This document shows positions 51,416 to 63,912 of a DNA stretch of 64,000 bases, piece after piece. Source of the stretch: Carcharhinus amblyrhynchos (taxonomy: Eukaryota); the NCBI GenBank assembly GCA_965287045.1, contig OZ336872.1, positions 30,690,001 to 30,754,000 of the forward strand, written 5' to 3'. A program made the position numbers and the translations under genes. Each line of letters starts with the position of its first letter. Position 1 is the stretch's first letter. A model generated the notes under the pieces. It was not told the DNA's origin. It searched no databases and saw only the letters and a program-made list of their open reading frames with translations.

Positions 51416-52989
51416 GTGAGCCTCTTCCTATTTGGGTTCTTTTTAAATTATGGGAGATGAAATATCTACTGCTTGCAATTGGAATTGTCCAAAAGGATCA
51501 ATTGCCTTTAATACTGTCACTTTTGTTTTAATTAAAACAAGTGAAAATTTATTCAGTCAAGATTGCTATCTGCAGATTTGTTCTGTTTGTCAGTCTAACA
51601 GTCGAATCTTAGCTGTGGCAGACCAAGTAATTTAAAAATTGTGATTTAGTTCATTTTGACCTCCCAGCTCTTGATAATGAAGCCTACTTAACATTTAGTG
51701 TATTTCAGCTCCTTATCTCAAAGCAGAGTTCTGCTGACTTCTAATCTGATAACTAGCCTGTCTGCAATCTAATGGATCCAAACTAATCCCAAGTCTGATT
51801 TAATTTGCCCAATTCTAAACCAAATGCTCTTGTTCAATAAAACCATAATCCTTATCCTGTCCTTGCAATATGGTGCCATCCTCCTCTAATGTTCAGGATG
51901 AATATTGAACATTAAGAGGTTTTGTGTTTGATCTATAAATGAGGTGTGCACCAATTTCTAGTTTCTGAATATGCAGAAAAAATATTGGCAAATGGAGCAA
52001 TTTTGAAATGTGCCATCCAAACTTGTTTGCCATTTAAGCCCAAACTGAATTTATAATGCATCCTTGTATAATGGACTGCTTTGAATTTCTTATTTTGATT
52101 TAAGAATTTGTCCATTAACATTGAAATATTCAATTCTACAACACCAAAACATGTGTGTAACACCCCCTGATCATGAGGTCATTGTAGAAAAGTTTTGGAA
52201 GTTGAGTTCTTCATGCTGAACACTACACTTATAACCTATTGTTCCCACATATCCTGCCATCAATCCTTCTTATTGCACTAAGTTTAAATGCCTAAAGATT
52301 TTGAAAAATTGTGGTCAATGCCTCCACCATCACTGGTCCAATCTTCCAACATTCTGGAATGAATAACAGCTGAGCTTTGACATTTTTCTTCCCTCCATTT
52401 GATTTGAATGCAGCTTCCATTTTGAATACTTATCTCCAGCAGTGCTGCTTCCATATCCACCTGAATCTTTTATCTTTCGTAGACTGGAACCAAATAACAT
52501 GTACTATTCTTTGACATAATTACACAGGAGTCTCTTTTTTGTGCTATTATCAAAGCCTTCATTATCAGCCTTGGCATATCTTCTAGTTTCTCCTGCATTA
52601 TCATTGAGCTAATTTATTTTTGTTCCATCAAAACCCCAACCTTTGTTCTCCCCAGGTTGGGTTAGATGTACTTTATTAAGCTTGTCATTAAATATTTAGC
52701 ACTATTGATCTACTGTTTGGTTTCCATTGTTACCAATTAACAGCTTTGAGTTCAGCGTTTCTAATCACGTCTGCAGACTAATTACACACCCATGTCTTCA
52801 TTCTACCTACTTATTGCTCCCTTGATTGTAATTTTATTCTCTCCAATGGTCCTTAAGTATAAAGAACAGTTGGTGTTCTCCAGTCTAAATAAAAAGTGCT
52901 CTGTTCGTTCTTAAATTTTCAAATGTGGTGTCCTACCTACATCTTGAAAATATAATCCCAAATGGCTAAACGTAACTACATTTGGCTGG

Positions 52990-53250
52990 ATTTTCTCTTG
53001 ATAGGTGTAATGATAGAGGAGGATTGGGAATTTATTTCTCATCCAGCGAGTGATGGTGGTCTGGAACTTGCTGCTGGAAAGGGTGGTAGCTGCTGCAAAC
53101 CTTAACACATTTAAACCTTTTGGATATTCATTTGAAATGTTGCAGGCTACTAACCAAGAGTTGGAATGTGCAACTATGCCTGATGCTGCTTTTTGGCTGG
53201 CATGGGCATGATGGGCCAAATGACAGCCTCCTTCAGTGCTGTAATCTGAG
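52990..53250 (+). mobile_element. Old CR1-like 3' tail
   Basis: 'cagcgagtgatggtggtctggaac..agggtggtag..catttaa..atgggccaaatg..cctccttc'. Confidence 0.55.
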
Positions 53251-53588
53251 TATGAATAAGTTTTTTTTTAAAAAAGACAATTGTTCAGGAGTGAAGTTTT
53301 AGAAATCTCCTCTTGCATGATCAGAACCTGAAACCAAATGACAGTTGAGCTAGCAAAAATAATTGATAGATATTAACTGATGCAGTCACTGGTTTTGCAA
53401 ATACTAGTTTTATACCAAGGTTTTTCATGCTCATCTCCCATGGCATGAGTTGGAAGATGTCACTTTACAATGAAATTTGATTGTGAAAACTATCAATTTA
53501 ACATGAATAATGGTTGGTCTTCTACACATGGATGCTGATGCATTTTTAAAACTACCTGAATTATTCAATACAAAATTAAATGTATTAC

Positions 53589-53673
53589 TGCATGTAGAAT
53601 TTGAGTACATTTTTGAACAGCTAGTTTGAATATTAACTCAAATTATTCAAATATGTTTTGAGAAAGAACTAAC
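53589..53673 (+). promoter_or_regulatory. Candidate splicing silencers of hinge exon 30: RBFOX TGCATG (53589-53594) and QKI/branch-point ACTAAC (53668-53673)
   Basis: Motifs read directly, 21-105 nt upstream of the acceptor; function inferred. Confidence 0.5.
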
Positions 53674-53694
53674 TTGCTGTTTACCATTCACTAG

Positions 53695-53784
53695 GCCACA
53701 GATGAAGTTCCAGTAGTGCCACAGCAGATGGTACAACAGCAGCAGCAATCCCTAAATGCATATCCCCCTGGCTTCCAACCCTGG
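53695..53784 (+). CDS. FLNB: FLNB exon 30 (hinge 1, probable cassette exon), 90 nt
   Basis: cactag|GCCAC...CTGG|gtacag; phase 0-0; ATDEVPVVPQQMVQQQQQSLNAYPPGFQPW; not in the ORF track. Confidence 0.9.
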
Positions 53785-55749
53785 GTACAGATTTTAATAT
53801 GTTGAACTTCCTATTCTCCTGTTTTCTTCCAAAGCTAGTGTTCACGCTTGCTGGGATCTGCCATTTGGACTGCTTGATTTTCTTTTTTTCTATTCAATTA
53901 TCCAACTATTTTAGCTACTGTGAATTGTACTTTCATTACGTGATGGATGTTAAACGCTCTATTTTAAACAGGTGAATGCAGTGTCTGCAGTTTATTATTT
54001 TATCAGCGACTTTTAATTTTGGGTACTCAACATTTATTTTCTAACCACACTCTCCACTAGTAGCAGGCTGGTGAAATGTAGTTTGCCTGTTGTGTTGGGC
54101 AGTTTAAAGCTGTAACAATGCCAATTAAAGGTCACTAACTTTAAAAAGGTGCAATCTCCTTCTAAATACTAAAAAATCACTTGACCAGTAAGTAGCAACT
54201 TCATAAATGACTATTGCATTTTTAATCAGATTTCAAACATCTTGGATGGTGGGGTAGGGACTGTTTCAGTATTCCCCTTTGCAGCTCAGACACTTCAATT
54301 GAAATATAGATTGAAGGAAAGAAAAGGTTTGGAAAATTTCCATTACTTGCATGAATTAAATAAAATCTAACACATTTTTTGACCAGTAGAAAATATAATG
54401 TTCATCCTGATTATGGTGACTTGATGTTGGGAAACAATATTTCCCAAGAGTGAGGTAACATGTCAATATTGTCATTCACAGTTTAGCAGTTGAAAGGATT
54501 GACCACTGGGCTGCTTGAAGGTTTTGTAAATAAATGTCAGCTTTTGGGATTTTTGCCAGCTGCCTTTCCCCAGTGCTAGTAATTTTAATGCAGATATCCT
54601 CAAAGCTGTAAAATGAATAGCTTGTGATAGGACATTTGAAACTACGATCCTTAATTAAGCTTGTAACCTGAAACATTACAAGCATTGTGCTTTTGATTTG
54701 TTGTGGAGATTAGAGAAAATAAGTTGGTATAAATGTTGCCAACTTTATTGTTTTATCTACTTAAGCTTTATTGCCACTTCTGAAAAGTAACCAATCAATA
54801 ACGTTAATGTTAATTTGAATTTCTTTAAACAATCTTTCAGTTATCTCCGAAATGAGCCCATAAAGGGGTATAATAGGCTAACTTTTTTCCCCGTTTACCT
54901 AAAATTACACTTGCTTTGCCTGCTTTGACATTGTTGCAGAATCTAATCATTTGTCATGAAAAAAATATAAATTTGAAAGGCTGCTCATTTTAACTGCTGT
55001 CCTCCACCTCAATTATGAGGAATGTCTGTCTCCCCATGGCACTGGTGAATCTGAATTTGGTTTCTTTGAGGATGCAAATCTGGTTTTTAACGTTAAATAA
55101 TAATGCAGTTTAATAACCTCCCTCAAACTCAACAAATGGGCGCAGCACTGCTTGTTAATTGAGATTGCACTTTGATCCTTTTACTTACTTTCTATTTCTT
55201 TTGCTGCTCTACTGTTCTTTGCAGGCACAAGCCAAGAAGAACCTTCTCTAAATGGATTGACATCTTTAGCTCCTGTTTGTTTTTATCTCTGTACACTGCA
55301 GTTGAAATGTAATATTGTCTGTAAATAGCTGATTAACTATTTAAAACCTCTTGGTTACAGCTAACTTAGTCCAGTTGGAGCTGAGCCTCTAGAGCAGTGA
55401 AGATAGCCCACCTTGTGTACTGCCATTTGGAAGCCTTTTTCTAGCTCTTGGTGTTTCAGATTTAATTGCAATTCAAACAGCTGGTGGGAGATTTTTCACA
55501 TTGTGAATGCCTCGCATTGATAACCTGGGAATCCATCCATTCCATTGAACACAATGTACCTTCTATTTCAGAAACTGACATGAAATGGCTTTTTTCTTGA
55601 AGAATTGTATAGTAATTCTTTAAATTTTTGTGAACCACTTGTTCTTTCATGTCACATAGGCAACAATGGCAAGCTAGCATTTTTTTATTGCTCTTGAGAC
55701 TTTGACTTGGCAATGTAGGTTTCAAATGATTTTTCATCCTGTTTCCAAG

Positions 55750-55852
55750 GTTCTTGATAGTGCCTACACACCAGTTGATGGAATAGATGGCTTGGGCTTG
55801 AAACCTTTTGATATCGTCATTCCTTTTGCTCTCAGGACAGGGGAAATCACAG
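55750..55852 (+). CDS. FLNB: FLNB exon 31 (hinge 1 / Ig16), 103 nt
   Basis: tccaag|GTTCT...ACAG|gtaaaa; VLDSAYTPVDGIDGLGLKPFDIVIPFALRTGEIT. Confidence 0.93.
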
Positions 55853-56534
55853 GTAAAATCTGCCATTATTAATGGAAAATAAGGTTGCTGGGGGTCTCTG
55901 TAGTGCAAAATTCTGTGTTCAAAAAGTTTGTTTTTTGGACTGTTGAAACCACCCAAATTGTCCCCTCCTTTACAAGTTTCTTTTAAAACGTATTTACTAC
56001 TTGGGCACCATTTTTGCCTCTTGAGATTGGAGTAATATTTTAACAAATTTTGAGCAGGGGTAGGTTTTGCTTGAAGACTGACTTGAGTGCTATCTGACCC
56101 TTGCTTTTGTGTCTGTCATTGATCCTTCAGGCACTGTTTTACCATTCTTTCCTTCCATCTGCTGGTTATAGCTTTTTATGCTTGCCAAGTTTGTAAGTAA
56201 TTCAGAAATCCAATTTGGTTGCGTAAGTCCTGTAATTTAGCTTCAGCAATGAGATGGATTTTCCTCCCCCCTCTCTGGTATGTTTCACTGTGGTGAAGAC
56301 AGTGCGCTGCTCACTGGCAGTGTTCTTATGATCCTGCTATTGTCAATGAGGTTTCCTGTTGGGAAACCTGTGGCAGGGGTGTACTGTTGGCAGGATGTAA
56401 GATCCTGCCATTGTAACTCCAGCAAGATTTCAGCAATTCTATCCATCACACAAGTAATGTGGTATATGAATCAGTGTTAGTGTAATGCTAGGTATGTTGG
56501 CTTCACATAGGATTGATAGATCTAATCAAACACC

Positions 56535-57193
56535 ATGGGCCTGATTTTACCATTAAGTTGTCTGTTTTTGGGCATGAAAGATTGGTAGTTAGACACGAGG
56601 CAAGTAGTGTGATCCATGCCTGCCTCCACACCAGTTCCTCCTCTTATCAAGGCCTGAAAATGGCCATGATCGGGCACGACAGCCATTTGAATGCATTTAA
56701 ATTGGCTTAATAGGCTGCACGCCTGACTTTACCAACACTTCCCCCTTTACCACTGTGCTCACCCATCCAGAATTGATGTGGAGCTGTTTGTTTCACAAGT
56801 CCAATTTGGGCATTTGTTAGTGAGAAGTGAGTGCCGAGCAGGGGACGAGATATCAAAGGGGCCCGTGGTCAATCTGGGTGGTGGAATGGAGTAGGGAGAT
56901 AAGGGGGTCAGTGTTCTGGGGGAGCCAGAGGAAGGCATATCCAGCCTGGGAGCAATGTGGCAGGGATACTGCATTAGCATTTTTTCCCTGCACATGTGCA
57001 GGGAATCTGAGCTGCAGGATTTTGGATGTTAAGCCCCACCCACAGGCTTGTGCAGCATGATTCAGAATTTCTGATGCTTTTTCAGGCAGTGTGTATGGGG
57101 GTTCTCAGGCACCCCTATACAAAGTTGGATCTGAAACACTCAGTTTCAAGTCTGCCCAGCACTTTGAATCAAAATGGTAAAATAGGACCCCAT
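56535..57193. mobile_element. MITE / non-autonomous DNA transposon (Harbinger-like termini)
   Basis: Imperfect terminal inverted repeats (TIRs) ATGGGCCTGATTTTACCATT ... AATGGTAAAATAGGACCCCAT; GC-richer interior; no credible ORF. Confidence 0.55.
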
Positions 57194-57977
57194 ATCCCTT
57201 CTGTTCACAACTGGCCAAGTGTAGACCATATGCAAACAAAATGCAAAACTGTGTCCAACATTAGATATGAATCTGCAATAGACGACATTTGCAAGATAAT
57301 ACTAAAGTGTGCTTAAAAATTTAGGATAGTCAGATGGACTCTGATTTGCATGTGCTGGATGCGACATGTATTAACATGCAGAACTTTCTTCTTTGACAGA
57401 AGAATATATATCCACACTGCCTGTTTCGGCTGATAGTCATTCACTGGTTCATTCCTCAGCAATGCCTTGACCAGAGTCTAGCTGCCTGGTTCAAATTTCA
57501 AACCAAGCCTTGTAGGCTAGCTCAGTTACCATCAGCTGGTGCATTCTCCCATGATGACACATCTACCCATCTGCACCCTTCCCATACAGTGTAAAGTTGT
57601 TTCCCCTGACATTGGTATCCTTACAATTTGTCGTGATAAGTGCAACCATGTCTTTTTTCACCGATATTGAAATCCAAAGTTTTGTCCAGTTGTTAAATGT
57701 AACATTACGAAGCAGTAATAGAAAACCTAAGCAATCTGTCATCACCTTAGCCAAGTTATTAATCAGTGACTAATTAACACCAATACTTCTGAGACACCAT
57801 TTGCTTTCTTCCCATTTTCCCTACCCTTGTTCCCTTCCACTAGGCCCAGTTTCCTAAATGGGTCAGTGATTTGCCTCTAATTGCAAACTCAATCTTCGGC
57901 CAACAGCCTCTTATGGAGAACTTCTGTCATATGCATTCTGTGGCATCCATCAACATTCCCCTGATTGCTAATTAGTA

Positions 57978-58170
57978 TAGTAAGAAGTCTCAACACCAGG
58001 TCAAACCTGCAGCGCAGACTATGCTGAGACTTTGCCATCACACCCCCTCACACTCAAGCATCTCAACCAGCTCTGCTGCAACCTGGAAACAAAGATAGTC
58101 CATTTGGATTTCAACCTGGTGTTGAGACTTACGGTACTTATCCCAGTCCAACGCCAGCATCTCCAAGTCA
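57978..58170. mobile_element. Fold-back Penelope-like short element, copy C
   Basis: Arms aagtctcaacaccagg / cctggtgttgagactt; CTAATTAGTA at 57968-57977 and 58171-58180. Confidence 0.75.
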
Positions 58171-58909
58171 CTAATTAGTAGCCACAAAAAATTCAATCCC
58201 ATTTGTTTGGTGCCACCAAAGCTTTAAGAATCTATTCTAGCACTCATGGTTGGAATTAAGATGTTCAGTCATCTCTATATCCTTCATTACAGACTCTGGT
58301 CTGTCAGTGACAGATGTCGGATGAATCCTTCCCCTTTAAATAGAGCAATGACAGTTTTCCAATTGAGAACTTTGCAGATGCCCTAACTGTAATGTTTTCA
58401 ATTACTTTGTTTGAAACCTACCCAAAGTAGCTAGAATGAAAGCCCATCTGCCTACTGCCAGCTTTATTCCTGTAATGTGAAAAGGCAAACCTAATTATTC
58501 AAGTTGAGAACTTTTTGAAATAGCTTGATGTGAAATAATATTTTGGCAGCTTGATCCCTATGACCCAATAGTTGGCCATGATGCAGGATCAAATGTTAAG
58601 ATTGTAGAGGGTGCAATAACCACTGTACACAGTACTTTCTTAATAATTAAGAGGAGCTAGGATTGCAGTATTTATAACATGGTTATGGGGTGGGGTAAAG
58701 CTCACTAGCTTCTGAATTTTTGCGTACAACTGGTGGTTATACACTTATTGCCTGCCTTTGTTACCTGTTTTTCACAAATGATGCATTTTGGAAGTTGAAT
58801 GATTTTTTTGTGTTGGATTTTTGAAAAGTTTTATAGTTTAATATTTGGAATTATTTAACCTGCCTTTTGCAGCTATCTTGTATTTGACTTGTATATAATT
58901 ATTACATAG

Positions 58910-59050
58910 GTGAAGTTCACATGCCTTCAAAAAAAACTGCTAAGCCAGAAATTATTGATAATAAGGATGGTACCGTGACTGTCAAATATGCGCCAACTGA
59001 GGTTGGGCTACATGAGATGCACATCAAGTACAATGGCAGACATATTCCAG
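58910..59050 (+). CDS. FLNB: FLNB exon 32 (Ig16), 141 nt
   Basis: acatag|GTGAA...CCAG|gtattc; [41 protein letters not shown]. Confidence 0.96.
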
Positions 59051-59571
59051 GTATTCACTTTCTTTTTAGGCCTGTCTGGCATACGCTTTTCTTTCCTGCA
59101 TGTAATACAAATCTCAGTAGCATAAAAGAAATCTTGAGCTAATGTAATATTTAAGCACATGCCCAAGAATAAAAGTTCCAAATTTAAGCTCAGATGATGC
59201 AGAAGTTGTCTCCATTATGACTTTGGGTGTTTTGAGTTCTGATGTTTTACCTAATCCACCCTGAAATAAAAGTGGAGATTGAGGACTCGGCAATGTAGTT
59301 GATAAATTAACTTCCTTTTATACCATGTCATAAACCTGAGTAAAAATACTGCATTTAAGATGAACCAATAACTACCAAGCTGAGTACATTTGAATTCAGA
59401 CTGGGGTAGGAGAATCTATAAGTAATGCTGATTTAGTTTACTGCATTCAACCATACTATATCTTGCCTATAGATGTCATTCTTCAACATCTTTTGGCATT
59501 ACCTTTTAGTAGAGCTAAACTGCTAATTATCTAATTGACTCAATTTTGACCATGTATTTGATTACTTTCAG

Positions 59572-59700
59572 AGAGTCCACTACAGTTCTTTGTGAATTAT
59601 GGAAGTAGTGGACATGTGTCAGCATATGGTCCAGGCCTTGTCTATGGCGTTGTCAACAAACTAGCTACTTTTACAATTGTAACTGAAGATGCTGGAGAAG
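59572..59700 (+). CDS. FLNB: FLNB exon 33 (Ig16/Ig17), 129 nt
   Basis: tttcag|AGAGT...GAAG|gtaagc; [43 protein letters not shown]. Confidence 0.96.
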
Positions 59701-60070
59701 GTAAGCATCAAACTATTAATACTCTGCAGAACATTATAGAATACGTGTGCATGCTGATTCAAGTCAGCTATGAAACCACTAATGGGTCTTTGATCTAAGA
59801 ACTGTTTACCAATTGGTGCTCAACTGCTTGTAACACAACCTTAACAGTTGTCAGTTAACAATTTTGCTCCAATAATTGTGTTCTAACAGCAATTTGGAAG
59901 TAACATGAGCTACCACCTGATTTTTCAAGGTCTATCTAGTATAATCCATATTAGTTGGTAATGTTTTCTCTAACATGCAGGAAGATTTTCTTCCTTCACG
60001 GTGACTATATAAGGTCAGTCCAAGTGTTCTAAAGTGGAGTTTTTGTCTTGTCTCCTCCCCCACTGCATAG

Positions 60071-60244
60071 GAGGTCTGGACTTGGCCATTGAGGGACCTT
60101 CTAAGGCAGAAATCAATTGCACAGATAACAAGAATGGCACTTGTACAGTCTCTTACCTGCCAACCCTGCCAGGTGATTACAGTATCGTTGTCAAATACAA
60201 TGAAAAACATATTCCTGGAAGCCCTTTCACTGCCAAAATTACAG
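60071..60244 (+). CDS. FLNB: FLNB exon 34 (Ig17), 174 nt
   Basis: gcatag|GAGGT...ACAG|gtaata; [31 protein letters not shown]...GSPFTAKIT. Confidence 0.96.
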
Positions 60245-61249
60245 GTAATAAATTATCTACGATGAAATTGCAAATAAATTTCAGTAGGTTAAACCTAAAT
60301 ACCATTTCTAATTGTGAAATGGACTTGATCTATGACATGAACCTAGTCTAGTACTAATGCTAATTGTGTAGCATAACAAAAATGCTTTGAAACTTTAGTT
60401 ATACAAGAGAGCTGAAACTGGGAAGATTAGTGTAGCTGGGAATTCTGAACTGGTAAAATTGCAGTCATGACTTAATTGGGATGACAAATTTTGGTTCTAG
60501 TTAACTAATTTTGTTTGGACTCTATTCATATTCAAATGTTAGAACTTATGAAACTCAATTACAATTGGATGATTCCTAACTTAATGACTACTGCAAAGTA
60601 GCTATCTTGTTTGTTCACCTTGTTTGTCACTTAAACGAGCAGGAATTATAGTATGAGGTCAACTGACCTCATTTAATGAGGCCATTTGGCTCATTGTGTC
60701 TGTGCCAGTTGACCAAAAACACTCCATTCTAATCCCACCTTCTGACACTCATGCAGGCCATAGCTCCCCAAGTAGACATCCAATTTTTTTTGTGTGGTGT
60801 CTCTACCACCTTTTCTCAGGCACTGAGTTCCAAGTTTCCCCCAGCCTTGTTTATTTACCCCTTTTGAGCAACTTATTGACCTTTCCTTAATTGGTGATCT
60901 ATCCATCATTCTTCCTTTACCAATTTTTTTTCCCCCCACCTTTCTGTGACTTACCTGCTGGTGAATTTGCTCCTTTTTTTTTACAACAACCACTTCTCTC
61001 TCTCTCACACCACAAGTGTGTCAGAATCCAAACAAAGGGATTCAGAATGTTCCTGTACTGCCATCAGCTTGTGCCTGCTGCTGAATGAAGTACCGGATGG
61101 TGAACTTGCTAGATTAGAGGGCTAGTGTTGGAGCACATTCACCATGAAATCCTACAGCAGGTCCATCAAGCTGGGCAAATATTTATTTACTTTTTTTTTC
61201 AAAAAAATTGCTGTAACAATATTAATAACACGACTTCCACTGTACTCCA

Positions 61250-61527
61250 ATCATAGTATCCTACAGTGCAGAAGGAGATCATTCAGCCCATTGAGGCTGA
61301 ACTGACTGCAATCCCACCCAAGCCATTTCCCCATAATCCCATGTGTTTGCCCTGTCTAGTCTCCCTGACACCAGGGGGCAATTTAGCATGGTCAATCCAC
61401 CTAATCTGCACATCTTTGGACTGTGGGTGAAACCCATGCAAACACAATGTGCAACTCCACAGACACCCAAGCTGGGAATTGAACCCAGGTCACTGGTGCT
61501 GAAGCAGCAGTGTTAACCACCATGCCT
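61250..61527 (-). mobile_element. HE1/V-SINE-like SINE
   Basis: Reverse complement of the V core, 'ctgcacatctttggactgtggg'; B-box 'ggaattgaacccagg'. Confidence 0.8.
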
Positions 61528-62296
61528 ATCCACCTTTTTAGACACTTGTCTAATTTGTCTCCACGTCAGATGTGCTATCTTGCGACACGTTATCTACAGC
61601 TCCTCAAAAATGGCTTGTCAGGTTTCTGTTCCATTTTGTCCTGGCACAATTGTACTAGGTTTGGAAGTTTTGAAGGCTGAAGTTCATAATTGTACTGATT
61701 TTTTGGTTTGTTGCTTTCTTGGTGTAATATCTATTTTCTAAATGAAAGCTCAAAGTGGAACAAGTTTTAGTCTTGCTATAAACTAGTTTGTATTGGGAAG
61801 TGATTGTCGAACAACCCAAGTACGTTTAGTTTGAAGTGCACGTGAGGTATATCGCTAAGGACGTGGTAACATTTTAATTTAGTCACATTTATGTGATAGT
61901 CTGGATTTTGTAGTAGTAATAATGGTGAGACTGTCAGTATTCAATCCACTGCAACAGGACTTCAGTAACGTGAAATCCAAGTTGTTTTTGCTTGATTCTG
62001 TTCTTCAAAAGGTGTGCTGTTAAGGCAGAACTACAAAATCAGTGCATAACCTTTTGAATTGATGTTATACTGCTGGTCTCTTTTTAAAAACTCTTAAAAT
62101 TGAGATACAACTGGGTTTTTGGCAACATGGTAAATTCATCTGTTGATAAACACTGGACCTAATGAATCTTATTTACAGGATATCAGCTTCATTGTGATGC
62201 ACTTTTGTTCTAAAAACTCTTCAGCTAAAGAATTTTAACATAAAGATCTGTTCTGTATCATAAATTTCTGGACTAAATTCATTTGGCTGTTTTCAG

Positions 62297-62455
62297 ATGA
62301 TAGCAGACGAAGATCACAAGTTAAGGTTGGTTCATCTGCTGACATCTCTTTGGACATCAATGAAAGTGACCTTAGTTTGCTATCCGCCAGCATTAAATCT
62401 CCATCTGGCCAAGATGAGCCATGCCTGCTGAAGAGACTGCCAAACAATCACATTG
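62297..62455 (+). CDS. FLNB: FLNB exon 35 (Ig18), 159 nt
   Basis: tttcag|ATGAT...ATTG|gtaagt; [53 protein letters not shown]. Confidence 0.96.
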
Positions 62456-62943
62456 GTAAGTGCCTGAAGTTACATTTCTGTGCCTCCAAGGTAACATTTT
62501 AAGAATACTTGTGCAACTTGGTTAATTTTTTGTTTTTAATTGATTTGTAAATTGAAATATGCCATGACTGAAGAAATAAAAACCTTTGATTTCTGTGCCA
62601 AATCTTTTGTTTTTAGCAAAAGAATGTTGAATCTAATATCTCAATTCTTATGTGGAATTTGAACTTGACCTGTGTATTTACAATGTGTGGAATACTTTTA
62701 TTTCAGTATTGTAAGGACATTTTCTCCAACTGTAAGAGGGACAAAATAGGCTTTGAGCCAAAGAAGGAACTAATAAGGGAGGCATTTTAAGAAGGAAGTT
62801 GCAGATTGTAGAGACTGTTGGCTGCATAGGTGTATCTAACGGGAGTGAGATGTATGCACAAAACCATTTAGGATTGGAGCGATGGAGAGGGATTTTTCTG
62901 AATTATGAAATGCTGAAAGGTGTGATACCTTTTTGATCAATAG

Positions 62944-63147
62944 GTATCTCCTTTATCCCACGGGAAGTGGGTGAACATCTTGTCAGCATAAAGAAAAATG
63001 GAAGACATGTGGCAAATAGCCCGATTGCCATTATGGTTGGCCAGTCTGAAATTGGAGATGCTAACAGAGTTAAGGTCTCTGGCGAAGGTTTGACAGCAGG
63101 ACGTACATTTGAAATGTCTGACTTCATTGTGGACACGAGGGATGCAG
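62944..63147 (+). CDS. FLNB: FLNB exon 36 (Ig18/Ig19), 204 nt
   Basis: caatag|GTATC...GCAG|gtaaga; [20 protein letters not shown]...[13 protein letters not shown]. Confidence 0.96.
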
Positions 63148-63198
63148 GTAAGATGAGCCTTTGCAAACCAATGGTTCTGAGGACACTGGATATGCAGT

Positions 63199-63204
<6 letters not shown>

Positions 63205-63238
<34 letters not shown>
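63205..63238. repeat. (AT)17 microsatellite
   Basis: Read directly. Confidence 0.98.
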
Positions 63239-63241
<3 letters not shown>

Positions 63242-63689
63242 GTATACCTGTATCATATTTTAAAACTTCATATAACCTTGCAGTAGTGAAACAGGCCACT
63301 GAAATCTTGCCCAACTGACTCAAGTTGGGAAAACAGACTCGAGCTGTTCACACCAGCAGGATTCTCTCATCCACTGCAGTCAAGAGATTTGGCTGACTGC
63401 CAGATTCTGTCCTTGCTGACAGCAGGGTGCAATTGGCTGGAAAGTATAACCCTTGCTCTTTGTGCTCCCATTGCCTTAAAGTGGCCAGCCTCAATTGTGA
63501 TGTGGAGCAGGCAAGTCATAATTTCCGTTCCATGGAGTGAACTAACTGTCTAGAGTGGCAAGTGCTGTTTATACACCTAATAATAGTGATGGTACAATAA
63601 ATGTAGCCTTAAACATGTAGCTAATTGTTTCCACAAGAACAACATTTAATCCTTCTCTACTGAGCAGAGATGGATAGATAGGGGGGAAA

Positions 63690-63912
63690 AACTTGTCTGC
63701 ATGAGTTTCCTTCAGTGTTCCCAGTCCAAAGATTTGTAGGTTAGCGAGATTGGCCATGTTAAAATTGCCCCTTAGTGACACAATGTGTAGTTTGGGAGGA
63801 TTCGCAGGGTAAATACATGGAGTTACAGGAGGAGTCAGATGCTGTGTCGGAACGTCGGTGCAGATTCAGTAGGCTAACTGGCCTCTTCCTCACCCTGTAA
63901 GAGATTCTGATT
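63690..63912 (+). mobile_element. HE1/V-SINE-like SINE, 3' part
   Basis: 'cagtccaaagatttgtaggttag..ttggccatgttaaaattgcccct'. Confidence 0.7.

Noticed and set aside
55462-56046. 194-aa minus-strand ORF overlapping exon 31
   Set aside because: Non-ATG start, no recognisable motif, antisense to a real exon; likely chance.
15525-63147. Assignment as FLNA or FLNC
   Set aside because: The hinge sequence, the 93-nt cassette and several diagnostic peptides fit FLNB better; a phylogeny would confirm.
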